From Octopus vulgaris (lineage: Eukaryota): a DNA stretch of 64,000 nt. Positions 1-12,574 of this stretch are shown here, piece by piece; the first letter of the stretch is position 1; each line of letters begins with the position of its first letter. The position numbers and the translations under genes were made by a program. The stretch covers positions 183,334,001 to 183,398,000 of the forward strand of contig OX597815.1 in NCBI GenBank assembly GCA_951406725.2, in the 5' to 3' direction. Under the pieces are notes generated by a model. It made no database searches. It was not told where the DNA came from and worked only from the letters and a program-made list of their open reading frames with translations.

Positions 1-399
1 AGTTATGATATACAGAGGATATGTCAAGGAAAATTAAGATAAACACCAATATAAATATTTGGTTCCTATGTCCATTTCACTATTGCAATTATTTGGAACT
101 CAGTATTGGATGTTCCAAGTGTATTTGGATGCCTAGCTGCAATGGATCATCAGGAGAACACTTTATCGTATTCTGTTACAGAGATCTAATATCTGAAGTC
201 AGACACATGATGAGATAATTTATAAGTATTTAGCAAAGGGAGGAGAAAAAAAGCAAGTAGTGGATAGAAAATTAAAGAAGACAAAATAACACAGTAATAA
301 ACAGGATAAAATGTACCAGTATATTAGTAAATAAATAAAATATAAAAATGCATACATGCATGCACACATACGTAGTATACACACGCACAGCATTTGCAT

Positions 400-865
400 A
401 GGTCTCTACTTCAGAGTAAAAGGCAAACTGGATGATGCCTGTGTGCAAACAACCATGCTATATGGCAGTGAAACATGGGCTGTAACTGCTGAAGACATGC
501 GTAGGCTTGAAAGAAATGAAGCTAGTGTGCTTCACTGGATGTACAATGTCAGTGTGCATGTACAACAGAGTAAGTGTTTTGAGAGAAAAGTTGGGCATAA
601 AAGGCATCAGATGTGGTGTGCAAGAGAGACAACTGTGCTGGTATGGTCATGGATGCGTATAGATGAAAACAGCTGTGTGAAGAAGTGCTGATCTCTAACG
701 GTGGAGGGAACCTGTGGAAGAGGTAGAACCAGGGAGATTCAAGAAATCATGGGATGAGGTGATGAAGCATGATTTTTTGAACATTAGGCCTCACAGAGAC
801 AATGATAAGTGACTGGGACCTTCGGCGATATGCCATTTCTTTAGAAGACCTGTCAAGCCAAGTGA
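400..865 (+). mobile_element. RTE-clade LINE 3' fragment
   Basis: MLYGSETWAVTAEDMRRLERNEAS motif; frameshifted; followed by (ATG)n-tailed 3' sequence. Confidence 0.85.
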
Positions 866-1767
866 AATCGTAGTCGAGGCCGATACTGGTGTCATGTAAC
901 CGGCACCCTTGTTAGGGGCACGTAAAAACCACCCATTACACTTTTGGAGTGGTTGGTGTTAGGGAGGGCGTCCAGCCTTAGAGACCATGCCAAATCAGAG
1001 TGTTCCTGGTGTAGCCCTGCAGCTTACCAGTTTCAGTCAAACTGTCTAACTTATGCTAGCATGAAAAGCAGATGTTAAATGATGATGGTGAAAATGATTT
1101 CAAGTGAAGATCAATACGAAAGTAACTGAAAATTAACGAAAAAAATATATGCATTAAGACGGATAGGTAAAGGAAGAAAAGATAAAAAAAAAAACAAGCA
1201 GAATGTGTACAGAAGGAGTTTAAGGAAGGAAAGGAGTTAAAAGGAATGTATTGTGATGGTCAGTATTTTAATTCTGTTCTTGAGGATGACATCTGGATTT
1301 GGAAAAGTGTAACAGGATTGTGACTCCATGCTAAGTTGGTAATACCTAGCAGATAAATGAAAAGATAAGCAACATAGGGGTTAAAGGTGACTAAATATAA
1401 ACAAGTCATTTAGAACAGATGTCTAAGTTCAACAGGACACTGATACAGATACATTCTCACAATGTACAACCTCACATACACACAAAACCCAGTCATTCCC
1501 ATCTCACTCATTATCCTGTATTGACCCTCCTCCAGGGAGGGTCTGAGTTAAGGTGGCATGAAGTTGGTTGGGCTTGTGTTGCATCAATCCATGCAGTGCC
1601 AGTAGAAAACCAAAGGAGGGGAAGAGAGAAAGGAGACAACACCTCTACAGACCAGAGGTTGGTGGGTGTATACTTATGTAAGTTTATTTATACATTACAG
1701 GAAGAAAACTTGCAGTTTGATCCACTAAACTTATCCAATATTTCCTAAGTCCATGTATTTTGCTTAA

Positions 1768-2171
1768 TCTACATATATATAGCTGAAGTTGTCTGTCTGT
1801 GTGTGTGGCAGGTTTGGTAGCCTTCAACTAACACTATCTCCTCAGAGACCCTGCGGTGCAAGTTAACCAAAATTGAGAGTATGATAGAAGAAGGCTTGCT
1901 CTTCATTCCGTAGAAGAAAAAAATTCAAATTGGACCATGTTAAGACCAAAAATTATTTACATCAAAAAGGTGGGTTTTTTTCTATGAAAATCCTTATTTT
2001 TTACAATTTTTTGACTGCCGTGTAGCCATTTTTCGGTATATTTCTACCAGAGAAATGTTTACTTAAAGAGAATAACAAGCTACATAATGCAAAATTTTTA
2101 CTTTTCAAAAATTCCAATTCTAAATGGTCAAAAAGAAAACAAACCCGAGCAACGCTGGGCTATACTGCTAG
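1768..2171 (+). mobile_element. Non-autonomous Helitron
   Basis: A|TC 5' end, subterminal hairpin cccgagcaacgctggg, CTAG|T 3' end. Confidence 0.8.
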
Positions 2172-2227
2172 TTTTTCAATAAAATTGGATCTAAATAAAT
2201 TGATAATGGAATCTAAAAGATTTTTAC

Positions 2228-2288
2228 CTGATCTCAGTTTGCACACTGGACAGCATGGGTTAATTTCTGGGAAAAATAACTCTTCATC
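2228..2288 (-). CDS. Exon 22: VWC end (DEELFFPEINPCCPVCKLRS)
   Basis: atctag / gtaaaa, phase 0 to 1; CCPxC motif. Confidence 0.9.
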
Positions 2289-4104
2289 CTAGATAAAAGG
2301 AATAAAAAGAATGATTTATATGATTCTGTTGCTTTGAATATATTTATTTTGCAAGGAAATTGATAGTATTCATTTGTTGTATGTTATAAGTATATGATGT
2401 GATTGTTGGTTATTAGAATGGAGTAAGTTGTGCAGAAAATAAAAGAAACTGAAATAGGATATCCAAATGGGTGACATGTCTGAGTGTAAGCTTGATTCCA
2501 TTTACTTCAAACTAACTCTTATTATGTTACATTAATGATTGATATAGACACCTGGCTCTCTCTATCTCTTTCTTTCTCTTAATTTTTAGATCCTCCAGTG
2601 TTGTCAACATGGTGGGCAATGAGCCTTTTCTAAACACCCTAATTATTAGCTTTCTTCTTAGTTCCACTTGGGCTGATTTTCATTGCTATCATGTCCCAGA
2701 ATATATTGCGTCACATTTTCCTTAGTCTTCCACTCAAGTCTTATTCTTTCTTCCAGTGTCTACTCCATCACAATGGTACCATATCTTTTATGTGGCTAGT
2801 TGGTGTTAGTGATGATACTGTGTGTATCAGACATAGTAGTAGAATGGGGATTATGTTATCATTATTTAAATTTTGAAAACATCTGATGCATAAATTAAGA
2901 TATTCTCCAATTCACATTTAAATATCAGAATATTAAACATAAACATTTTTGTTTAAGAGATTTGGTGATGTTTAGGAATATTTTCTTGTTCAACTTTATT
3001 AAAGAACTTTACCAAACTATTTTATGATTCAGTTAATATGGTTTAATAAATAACAGTCACAAATCAGGTATGTATAGTAAAGAAACTTAAATTACCTTTG
3101 AACTTTTTTCTTTAATTTCTAATAATGAATCTCAGCCACTTATATCCAATTAAGTTTTAGTAACCTAATCTATTTGTAATAATGGGGTACAAGTCAGCCT
3201 TGATTGAGCAGGTTTATGATAAAAGGTATTCTGACCATGATCATCCTGCTTATTTTCTATTAGTTAGAATGTATCTAGGATGGCATTATTCAGTGTATCT
3301 TCACTATTTCTTTTTTATAAAGCAGTAGGGGGTGATATGAGAGAGATTTGGCTGCTATTTCTCACAAGTTGAATGGGCTATTTAAAACGCTTGTAGTTAG
3401 TTTGATAAATATTCTTACATTTCATTTAAAGTTCTGAAGTCATTGAATTAATATTTTGTAAAAAATAAATTGCTGTATTTTTGGGACCAAAAGTTGTAAT
3501 GAATTTTTCCTATAACTATAGCTCATTGGTTTAACTTAGAAAATTTATTAGCTTTAATGACTAAACATTGTTGTTTTGAAAGACAGGAGTTTTGAAATAC
3601 CTACTTCTTGTTAGCTGGTTAGTGTTGGAAATGTGCTTCTAAAAATCAATCAGTGGAAAATTCATGCAATATCAAAGACTGTATTGTTGTGAACTTTGTG
3701 CACAACTGAAAGTGGAATAAATCCTTTGATGAATCATATAAAATCCTTTCTGCTGTAGGTCTGAAAATTTGATGAGGGGGTTACTTAATTACATTGACCC
3801 CAGTACTCATACTTACTTTATTGATCCTGAAAGGGTGCAAAGCAAAGTTGATCTTGGTGGAATTTGAACTCAGAACATATAAAATGTCTAATTTAGTTCA
3901 TTCTTTTGAGTGCAGACTGAATCACTGTAAACAAATACACTTTATAAAACAATTGTGCAGATATTCAGTGACAAATGTGGAAGGTTTTTCTAAGCTCCTA
4001 TTTGCTTTCTGTAAAGCTTCCTATAACGGAATTTAAATACTGGCAATGAAAGTTCAGCTGAAAAATATCTTTACATTCTTGTACAGGCTCCCAGCTGCAG
4101 AAGA

Positions 4105-4652
4105 GGCTTTGTAATACAAATGTCTTGTTTTCAAAAGTTCTGAATTAAAATCTTCCACCAAACCTTAGTCACAATTTATGTTCCTAACACTAGCTTAATG
4201 ATAACTAAGTTATTTTACTAAATTATTTGTTATATTTAAAATTAATAGAAAGAAACACAGAGCATCTCAACAGAAATATGGTAACAAAAGAGTTAAGGAG
4301 AAAATAAACAGCAGAAGACATGAGGGAGGGAGACCTCAATATGGTCACTCTATATGCTAGAAATAATAGCCTAAATTTCCTTCAATCCACACCCTTCCAA
4401 CTGCTTCTAATGTGCATCTGCCCAAATGTAGAGGTGTGTATAACTCTTTTGATGTCAATCCATCTGAAACCGCCTCTGACTCTGTAGTACAAATGTCTTT
4501 CAAAAGGTTTGAATTAAAATCTTCCACCAAACCTTAGTCACAATTTATGTTTCTAGCACTAGCTTAATAACTAAGTAAAATCCTTTGTTGTATTTAAAAT
4601 TAATTGAAAGAAACACAGCATCTCAAAAGAAATATGGTAACAAAAGGGTTAA
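4105..4652. mobile_element. Two tandem copies of piggyBac-type MITE family 1 (about 4105-4296 partial, and 4440-4652)
   Basis: Same family sequence. Confidence 0.85.
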
Positions 4653-5047
4653 AGTGCTGTTACAGCCATCTCCTTGAAGCTGGAATATGAAAAAGTTGAT
4701 TAAATGTATAGTAATGATATATCAAAATTAAAATACTCTGAGACAGTTATAACTGCCTCTCCTAAAAATCTCTCAAACCTTCTGGAATGCAATGTAAGTG
4801 TTCAACACTTATACGATTTGCTAAAAGGCCTAATTTAATGACACAATAATTACCCATCCATGTGCAACAACTGAGTATCTTTGCTTTTCATAGTCTGTAA
4901 TAGTTTAAAGTTATCTTTAAAAAAGTTTTCACATATTTTAGTTCCTGATGGCTTACGTACAACAAACGGGACAATTTTTGCTGTTACCAAGGTATTGAAA
5001 TATTTTTAAGCAATTGCATTTTAGACACAGAAATAAATAATACTTAC

Positions 5048-5152
5048 ACTATTACACTCAGGGATTTCACATTTTCTTTGACATTCTACATGGCCACCAA
5101 TACATTCACATGTATAACACTCACGTTCTGGATCAATCCATATTTCATTCTC
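5048..5152 (-). CDS. Exon 21: VWC (ENEIWIDPERECYTCECIGGHVECQRKCEIPECNS)
   Basis: ttttag / gtaagt, phase 0 to 0; W...C..C.C..G...C pattern. Confidence 0.93.
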
Positions 5153-5219
5153 CTAAAAGCAAAAGGTTGGTAAAAAAATTAACTTTGTGAATTTTTGCAA
5201 TAAGAACTTTTTGTATTTA

Positions 5220-5300
5220 TATAGGGTGCAGCAGATAGGTTGCCCCGATTTCAAAAGTTAATAATTTGAAATCAGGGCAACCTTTCTGCTGCACACTGTA
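5220..5300. mobile_element. 80-bp palindromic Tc1/mariner-type mini-MITE
   Basis: gggtgcagcagataggttgccccgatttcaaa / tttgaaatcagggcaacctttctgctgcacac, TA flanks. Confidence 0.75.
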
Positions 5301-5303
5301 TAT

Positions 5304-5339
<36 letters not shown>

Positions 5340-5651
5340 TAAAAAGTAAAAGCTAGAGATTCTCAATATAGAAAACACATAGTAGAGCTCAAATGATTTG
5401 AACCTAAACTCTGAAATCTTTATTGAGGACTAGGTCCAATGGTAAAGAGTGGCTATAAAAGAAATCTAGGTGAGCTAATGATGCAAATAAACACGACTAG
5501 GCTTGATTTATGCATTTACACATATAGATAAGTACACACACACAAATTCTAGTTGGTTGAAAGTTTCCCAGTGGGTCAGCATGTAGCATGAATTGATTAT
5601 CACTGTTTTCTCATTTTCTCCTTTTTCTTTTTACTTTTATTTATATTTACT

Positions 5652-5779
5652 TCTCTCCTCTGATGAAGTTCTGCGATTCAAATTGGTATAATTAATTACT
5701 TACAATGATAACTGCTATTATTATTATTGTGGTGGTTAAGCCTGGGAATCGTGCTAACAGAAACAGCTGTAAGTTGAGA
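5652..5779 (+). ncRNA. Hammerhead-like motif with long stem II insert
   Basis: ct CTGATGA (5660) ... GAAA cagctg TA ag (5760-5773), inside a segment bounded by (TA)n. Confidence 0.55.
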
Positions 5780-7078
5780 TTTTGTGTTTTTGTATTTAAT
5801 TAATAAATGAAAATTGGTGTAAATAATTGTTATTCATCAATTTTATCTCCATTTTCTGTTTTCCTTGTATGTATATATATATATATTTATTGATAGATAG
5901 GAAATGACAATGGACCGAGATGTCTGGCAATATAAAGTTCTTGAGAAAACCTGCCCATGTCAGTGAAACTGAGTTCTAGAAGCACTGAGTGTCCCACCCA
6001 CACTTAAGAAAATTTCTCACGTATTTTACCACAACAAACGAAACTACATTTCTTCTCTTCCTCACATTTCCACTTCATGCACTATACTTACCTCCCACTC
6101 ACCAATTCTGTCCTCTTGGCCCCATGCCACTGTATGCTTCTGACCTGTGTGTTCCACCCACACTGTCTCACTGTATCATTGCTATCTTCTAGCCTTCCCC
6201 CCAACAATCCAATCTACATCTCTATATTTCTTCTCTTCCTCAGATTTCCTCCTTCATACACTATGCCTATCTCTCACTCCCCAATCCAGTCCTCTCTCAT
6301 GGCCCTGTTCCTCTGTATCATTGTATTCTGGTAGCCCCACGAATCTATATATACCCAAGTTTTCACCCCCTCCCCCACACTCTTTAATCATGCTTCCTTT
6401 GTAATATCCTGCCACTTACATTATGGCATTTGAATCTTAAGGGTATGCCCTGGCACTCACCACAATCTATTTCTCTCTCTTCCTTTACTCAACCATCCCA
6501 TTCATATTCTGGCCCCTGTCCCTTGTGAGTATGTCAGACATTTTACCACCATGTCTATCCTTCTGTCTCCGACTCTCTCTCTCTCTCCTTCTGCACTTTC
6601 CTCAGGTTGGGTAAGTTTCTGTCTTCATTCCTGATCTCTCACTCTCTCTCTGACTGAGTAACCTCATGCCTCTTCTACTGCAAGACACCTGTTCTGTCTC
6701 TGCCTCACTATAACTTTCATCATCTGACAAGATCACCTCCTCCAGTGCTGTCTTCTCAAAAGAGATTTTTTTTGTCTTACAAGTACTTGGTGACCTGGTC
6801 AGTATAGATGCCACTTAAAAGCACCCAGTCCACACTGTAAAGTGGTAGGTGTTTGGAAGGACATCCAGCTGTAAAAATCTTATCAAAATTAACTTTGCCT
6901 GTGTTTGCGCCACATAAAAAGCACTAAGTCCACTCTGCTGAGTGGTTGGTGTTAGGAAGTGCATCCAGCTGTAAAAATCCTGCCAAAACAGTTACAGAAG
7001 TCTGGTGCAGGCTTCTACCTGGTCGGCTCTTGTCAAACCATTCCAGCATGGAAGGTGGATGTTAAACAATGATGATGA

Positions 7079-7136
<58 letters not shown>

Positions 7137-8414
7137 CAAAGTTCAAGGAGGGAGAGAAACAGATGAGTTAATTATCCTTCTAGTCTGGCCAATACATATT
7201 AGGATTTCATAGTAACAAATGAGGAAATGAATAGTAAAAGGAGCTTTCTGCAAAATAACTACAGTAGATATTTTGTAAATCATGTAAAAAGTCTGCTTTG
7301 CTAAACTAAACCTGAAGAGCTACAACTCCAACAAACAAAATGTTAATTGCAATATTCTTCACTTTTATATAAATATTATTCTTACTTATGATCTACAGAA
7401 AAAAAAAATCAATTATTAGATTTCAAAAAAATATAATTTAACATGGTACTTAATTTTATGCATTGAAATAAAACACAAATATATTCATGTGGTTACTTGT
7501 CAGTTAAGCACTAAAACTTTGTAACCCATTTACTTGTCAGCAAGTTATATCAGAAAAGTGAATGAGCTGGGTAAGTCTGATTTAAAATGGCTGTTTATGT
7601 TTAACTGCTTTGTAATATAGTTAGCATTATAATCTTGCTTCACGTCATACCATTATATTATATTTTGGTAAAAAATTTAAGCTTCATCTGTTATTTTAAC
7701 AATTGATACAATCTGCTGCTACTCTGTTATAAAATGGAAGAACTAGGCTCTTCTAATAGTTACACATTAAGCAGTACAGATGTGATGGAATGAGTTGAAG
7801 ATTTAAGGTATAAACTTGCATCTACTTTGAAACATGTAAGTTTTAAAACCATTTCATTATATATACTACACTATACTGCATTTCTACATAATAAAATTAA
7901 TGGTGGAGAAATAGTTTTATATCTTAAACCTATATTTTATTTTGATTTGAAATAATAGCAGCAATAGCAAAAACATTAACAAAAATTTGTACAAAAGCTC
8001 GAAAATATCACAACTGCTTAGGTACTGGAACAATATTGTTTTTTTATACATGAACCAGATAACCCAGAGTAGGATATGGAGGTTCTACTAATGCTAACAT
8101 GTTATATTTAAGAGAGGTTGTACACACTTTTAACTACAGAATCATGGCTCTGTAATAGAGAATTATAGTTTGAACAGAGTATTTTGTGGAACAGAATCAG
8201 TTGTGTTAATTATCACCAACTTTAATATTTGATCAACACCAATACTCAAACAGCTTCTATTGAATTCAGTGCAGCTTGGTGTGTTATTCTTTTTTAAGGA
8301 TAAATTCAGTAGAAAAGATTATTATAGAATGATGGAATGTGTTGCAATTTATATTAGCCATAAATGTATACATTCAAATATAATCTTTTGTATATGTGCT
8401 TCTAAGTTAATTAC

Positions 8415-8620
8415 CTTCTTGATTGAATCACCGACATAACAATACAGATTGCAATCCTCTTTTGGAATACAATGTCCACTTTCATTTCTGAACAGCCCAG
8501 ATTTACACCTGCAGCCATAGTTGAATGTTTCACATTCTGAAGAATTTGGTGCCAGGAAGCCTGCACCACATTTGGGTTCACAGTCAGCTGTTGATGAAAT
8601 CTCTTCATTTTCACCACAGA
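8415..8620 (-). CDS. Exon 20: TIL (VCGENEEISSTADCEPKC...YGCRCKSGLFRNESGHCIPKEDCNLYCYVGDSIKK)
   Basis: ttttag / gtaatt, phase 1 to 0; the ORF track shows a different frame here. Confidence 0.92.
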
Positions 8621-8727
8621 CTAAAATAGAAAAACATCAATATTTAAATATTTTTGAAGATTAAGATTTTATTAGGAACAAAGGGGATTAATCAAAGATG
8701 ATAAATACAATAAAACATTATACATAC

Positions 8728-8883
8728 CACATGGTTTCTGAAGATCACATTCTTTTGTTTCGTAAGAAACACTACATTGTGGATTGTTCTGTTGATCATC
8801 AGAAAGAGTAAATGTTCTTGTAGAGATACCTTTACCACAATCTCCTTTACACTCACTCCATACACCCCATTCTCCACAGGTTA
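8728..8883 (-). CDS. Exon 19: TSP1 (VTCGEWGVWSECKGDCGKGISTRTF...CDLQKPC)
   Basis: tactag / gtatgt, phase 1 to 1. Confidence 0.93.
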
Positions 8884-11800
8884 CTAGTAACAAAAAACAA
8901 AAACATAGTAAGTACCCACTGAAACAAATATATCAAAAGCATTGTATCTACACATATATTTATTGCCACATAAAAAGCACCCAGTACCCTCTGTAATATG
9001 GCTGGCATTAGGAAGGACATCCAACCATAGAAACCATGTCAGAACAGAAAAATGGAGCCTGGTATGGCCCCAGCCTTACCAGCTCCTCTCAAGCCATCCA
9101 ACCGATGCCAACATGGAAAATGGATGTTAAATGATGATGAAATGGAAAATGTTGTTTTTTTTCTTTAAGGCTTCTCATGTTGAAAACAATATTACAATTC
9201 AAAAATCTTCCATTTTATTGTGTTATTGAAACTATACAACAATTGTCTGGAAACTCTCAGCTCTGAGATAGTCTATTGAAGGCTGTATCATAATTTACAC
9301 TGTTACTTTGAATGTGTTGTTTTTGGTTTTAATCTATTTGGTGCTACTTGGCATTTCATCTATCATTATATTCTAGGTTTAAATTCTGCAGAGTTTGATT
9401 TTGCTCTTCAACCTTTCAGGGTAAATAAAATAAATACCATTTGAGCACTGGGACTGATATAATCAACTTATTGCTTTCCCAAAATTGCTGGCCTTGTGCC
9501 AAAACTTGAAGTGCACTAGCCATGAGCTTTTATAATATAAAACCAAATCTTTATTTTTAGGGTTACTATGACATATTTTGTTTAATAATCCTGTGAATAT
9601 ATATGGCATAGTGGTTTAGGTGTTTGGCTCATGATTTTTCTTTCACAAGGTGATGCACTGTGTTCTTCAATAAGGTACTTCATTTTGTATTGTTACAGTC
9701 CATTTGACCTGGAGAGGGATGGACTGTACCAGGCCTAAGAATACTCAAAACATGCCATATGTCATGATTGTGCTCCTCTGACACTATCAGGTGTTGGGAA
9801 CCCACACAAAATAAGGCCTTTCTTTCATAGCCACTACCCATTTTGATATAAATTACATGCTTCTTTATGTAGTTTATATGTATTGAGATAGGGTTAGACA
9901 TCAAAATTACACTCAGACTTTGTTTTTTGTCCCATTGTGATCAACTTTGCTTTCCTTCCGGGTTGGTAAAATAAGTAACATTGATATACTGGGGTTAACT
10001 AACTGATAATACCCTCTACTAAAATTTGTGTCTTTGTGCATGCTGTATACATATTGGTCACTCAGACAAGACCCCTCACAATATTCAATTTACTTACTTG
10101 ATTCTACACTGTATATCATCATCATTTAACGTCTGTTTTCCATGTTGGACGGTTTGACTGAGGTCTGGAGAGCCAGCAGCTGCACTAGGCTCCAGTCTTA
10201 TTGTTAATTACATGACACGTCCTACATTGGTGAATTTGAACAAACCTCCATAAATCCTTATCAATGGAAATTCAGGGTGTTCTTATGATGGGTTTTATAA
10301 ATTGAAAAATGTCTGAGGGATTAACGCTGCTCCGCTGCTGCCACTGTTTCATTTTGTTTTCTTTTTCGTTTTCTTATTAACTAAAGGATTAGTTTTTGTC
10401 TGTGCTTATGTACATGCAAGCATGACTTAACTGAGTGTAGGTTCTTAATTCTATTGACATTGCTTCTTTAAACATAGTTTCTCTTGATGACAAACTGGGA
10501 TTCTGACACGATGTTGTAATTTTATTTATTCCATACTTCTCATAATAATGCTTTTGAACATTACCAATTTTTCTACTCTCTTGGTGAGGTAAATATGACA
10601 TTCAGAATTACATTCTTTTGATGTTTGATACTTATTTTGTGTAACATTATTTTTTACGCTATCTCATTAGCATGTTATCCACCACCTGACTGAGCTTGTG
10701 CTCAAGTAACAAAACTGGTCAGTTGCTTGAGATAGCTTGTTCTCTGAAAATGATCTGTTATCTTCCACAGTATAGGAGTTTTCCATGGAGATTATGCTCC
10801 AGTGAAATGGTAGCTTAAGATACTACTATATGTTCAGTTATTTTTTAAGTTGTCAGAGTATCTAATGGAATATCTTAAGATATTTATTGTGGTTGCATGT
10901 GTTCTGGTTTCAAATCCCATCCAGGTCAACTTTGCCTTTCATCCTTTCAAGACTGATAAATAAAGTACCAGACTTAAGTGGTGAACTGTCAGAATCATTA
11001 GAACATTTGATAGGACAAGATTCCTTGTCTTCCTGCTTTTTGCATATAGAGTTCAGATCTTGTCGCTACCTACATGGCTGATAGACTTAATCTGTTGCAC
11101 AGTTTTATGTCATTATCTGTTTCTTGTGTAGCTTTATGTTGCAAGCATTCAGGCTAAGTCTCCAGGTTGAGGATACCTTCCTCCCTTTCTCACCTGAATT
11201 AGAGGCCATGAAAAGGCCATGGCATTGCTTGTCCTTCCTGGCTAAGTGATAAAAAAGGATTATGTACTATAAACAGGTTGTAAAGATCAATGAAAGTCAT
11301 ATACTTGGTAAATAGTGGCAAGAAGCACTAGAAAGTACTGAACAGCAGATCTTAAGACACTCCCAATTCCTTATGGGAGTGTTTTGGCCCTTAACTCAAT
11401 ACACTCTATGGCACATGTCTCTTATATTTTGTGCCACAGTCTGCATTTGAACTTGCACCTCCAAGGATGGTCAGGCACATCAAGATCAAGTCAACTTTAT
11501 GATGGATGTTTTAACTACTTCATAAGCAGTGTCTCCAAATGTGGTTAGTTTGTGTTCCAGAGATACTGTTTCTTAACAGCATTTCTACTTTATGGACTAT
11601 TTTAATTTTTCCTATTCATTTGTACCTGTACTAGTACCAATAACCTGTAGAAATAGCTTAGCTTTGTAAAATGGAAATACATTCATTATTACCTGGGAAT
11701 TTTTTTAAAATTTTGTAACAATGAAAACAGATCAATTAATAAAACCAAACAGAATAAACATACAGTGACAAATGCAGAAGAAATAAAAATAAAACTTGGT

Positions 11801-12059
11801 AAGTGTATCATAATGATATGAGCTCAAAGCACAATATTCAGCAGTTGGATTAAATATAACAAGGAATTGTAATAAAAAAGTTCCTCTGAGAAAAATAGGA
11901 ATTTAAAAATTTATTGATGCTGAATTTTTACCTTATTAGCTATTCAAATTAATAGTGCTAACCTATTAACATCACACTTTTCTCCTTTAAAATGAGTACA
12001 GATAAGGATCATGATAGGAAAAAAAGACAAAAAGTAAATGTAATGCAAGTTACTCTTAC

Positions 12060-12212
12060 CGTCACATGGTTGAATTTCACAATGCTGTTGCTCAGACTCA
12101 GTATAATTGCCACAAAAAGATCCCGTTAAACCTGTTCTTTCACGCGTTTGGTTGCCAGGTCCACAACTTTGATCACATGATGACCAGAATGACCATGTAT
12201 CAAATATGCAGC
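12060..12212 (-). CDS. Exon 18: TSP1 (CCIFDTWSFWSSCDQSCGPGNQTRERT...CEIQPCD)
   Basis: tctaag (AAG) acceptor / gtaaga, phase 1 to 1. Confidence 0.92.
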
Positions 12213-12381
12213 CTTAGAAATATACAAAAAATAATACATCAGTACTACTAGAGTTATAAATATTCTAATTATAAACTCACTACATCAGACAAGCGCTAAT
12301 TTCTGACATCATATATTGGACTTTTCGTTGAGTTTCTTATTTTATAATGAAACTTAGAAAGACCCTTGCTCTCCAACTTAT

Positions 12382-12574
12382 CATGAAGATTGTGTTAGAA
12401 TACAGAACTCTGCTTTACTTACCTTGAGAGGTCTTGTCATATGGACTTGTGGTGCATAAAAACATTTGTATTTATATTGATGACAGTAGAGTGTTTTTAT
12501 GCACCACAAGTCCAGATGAGAAGACCTCTCAAAGTAAGTAATGCAGTATTCGGTATTCTAACACAACCTCCATG
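12382..12574. repeat. Fold-back inverted repeat (83-bp arms, 27-bp loop)
   Basis: 12382-12464 is an imperfect reverse complement of 12492-12574. Confidence 0.9.

Noticed and set aside
1-218. Possible next (cystine-knot) exon, or ORF 21-218
   Set aside because: The candidate minus-strand acceptors I checked lead to stop codons with no Cys pattern, and the plus ORF has no recognisable motif.
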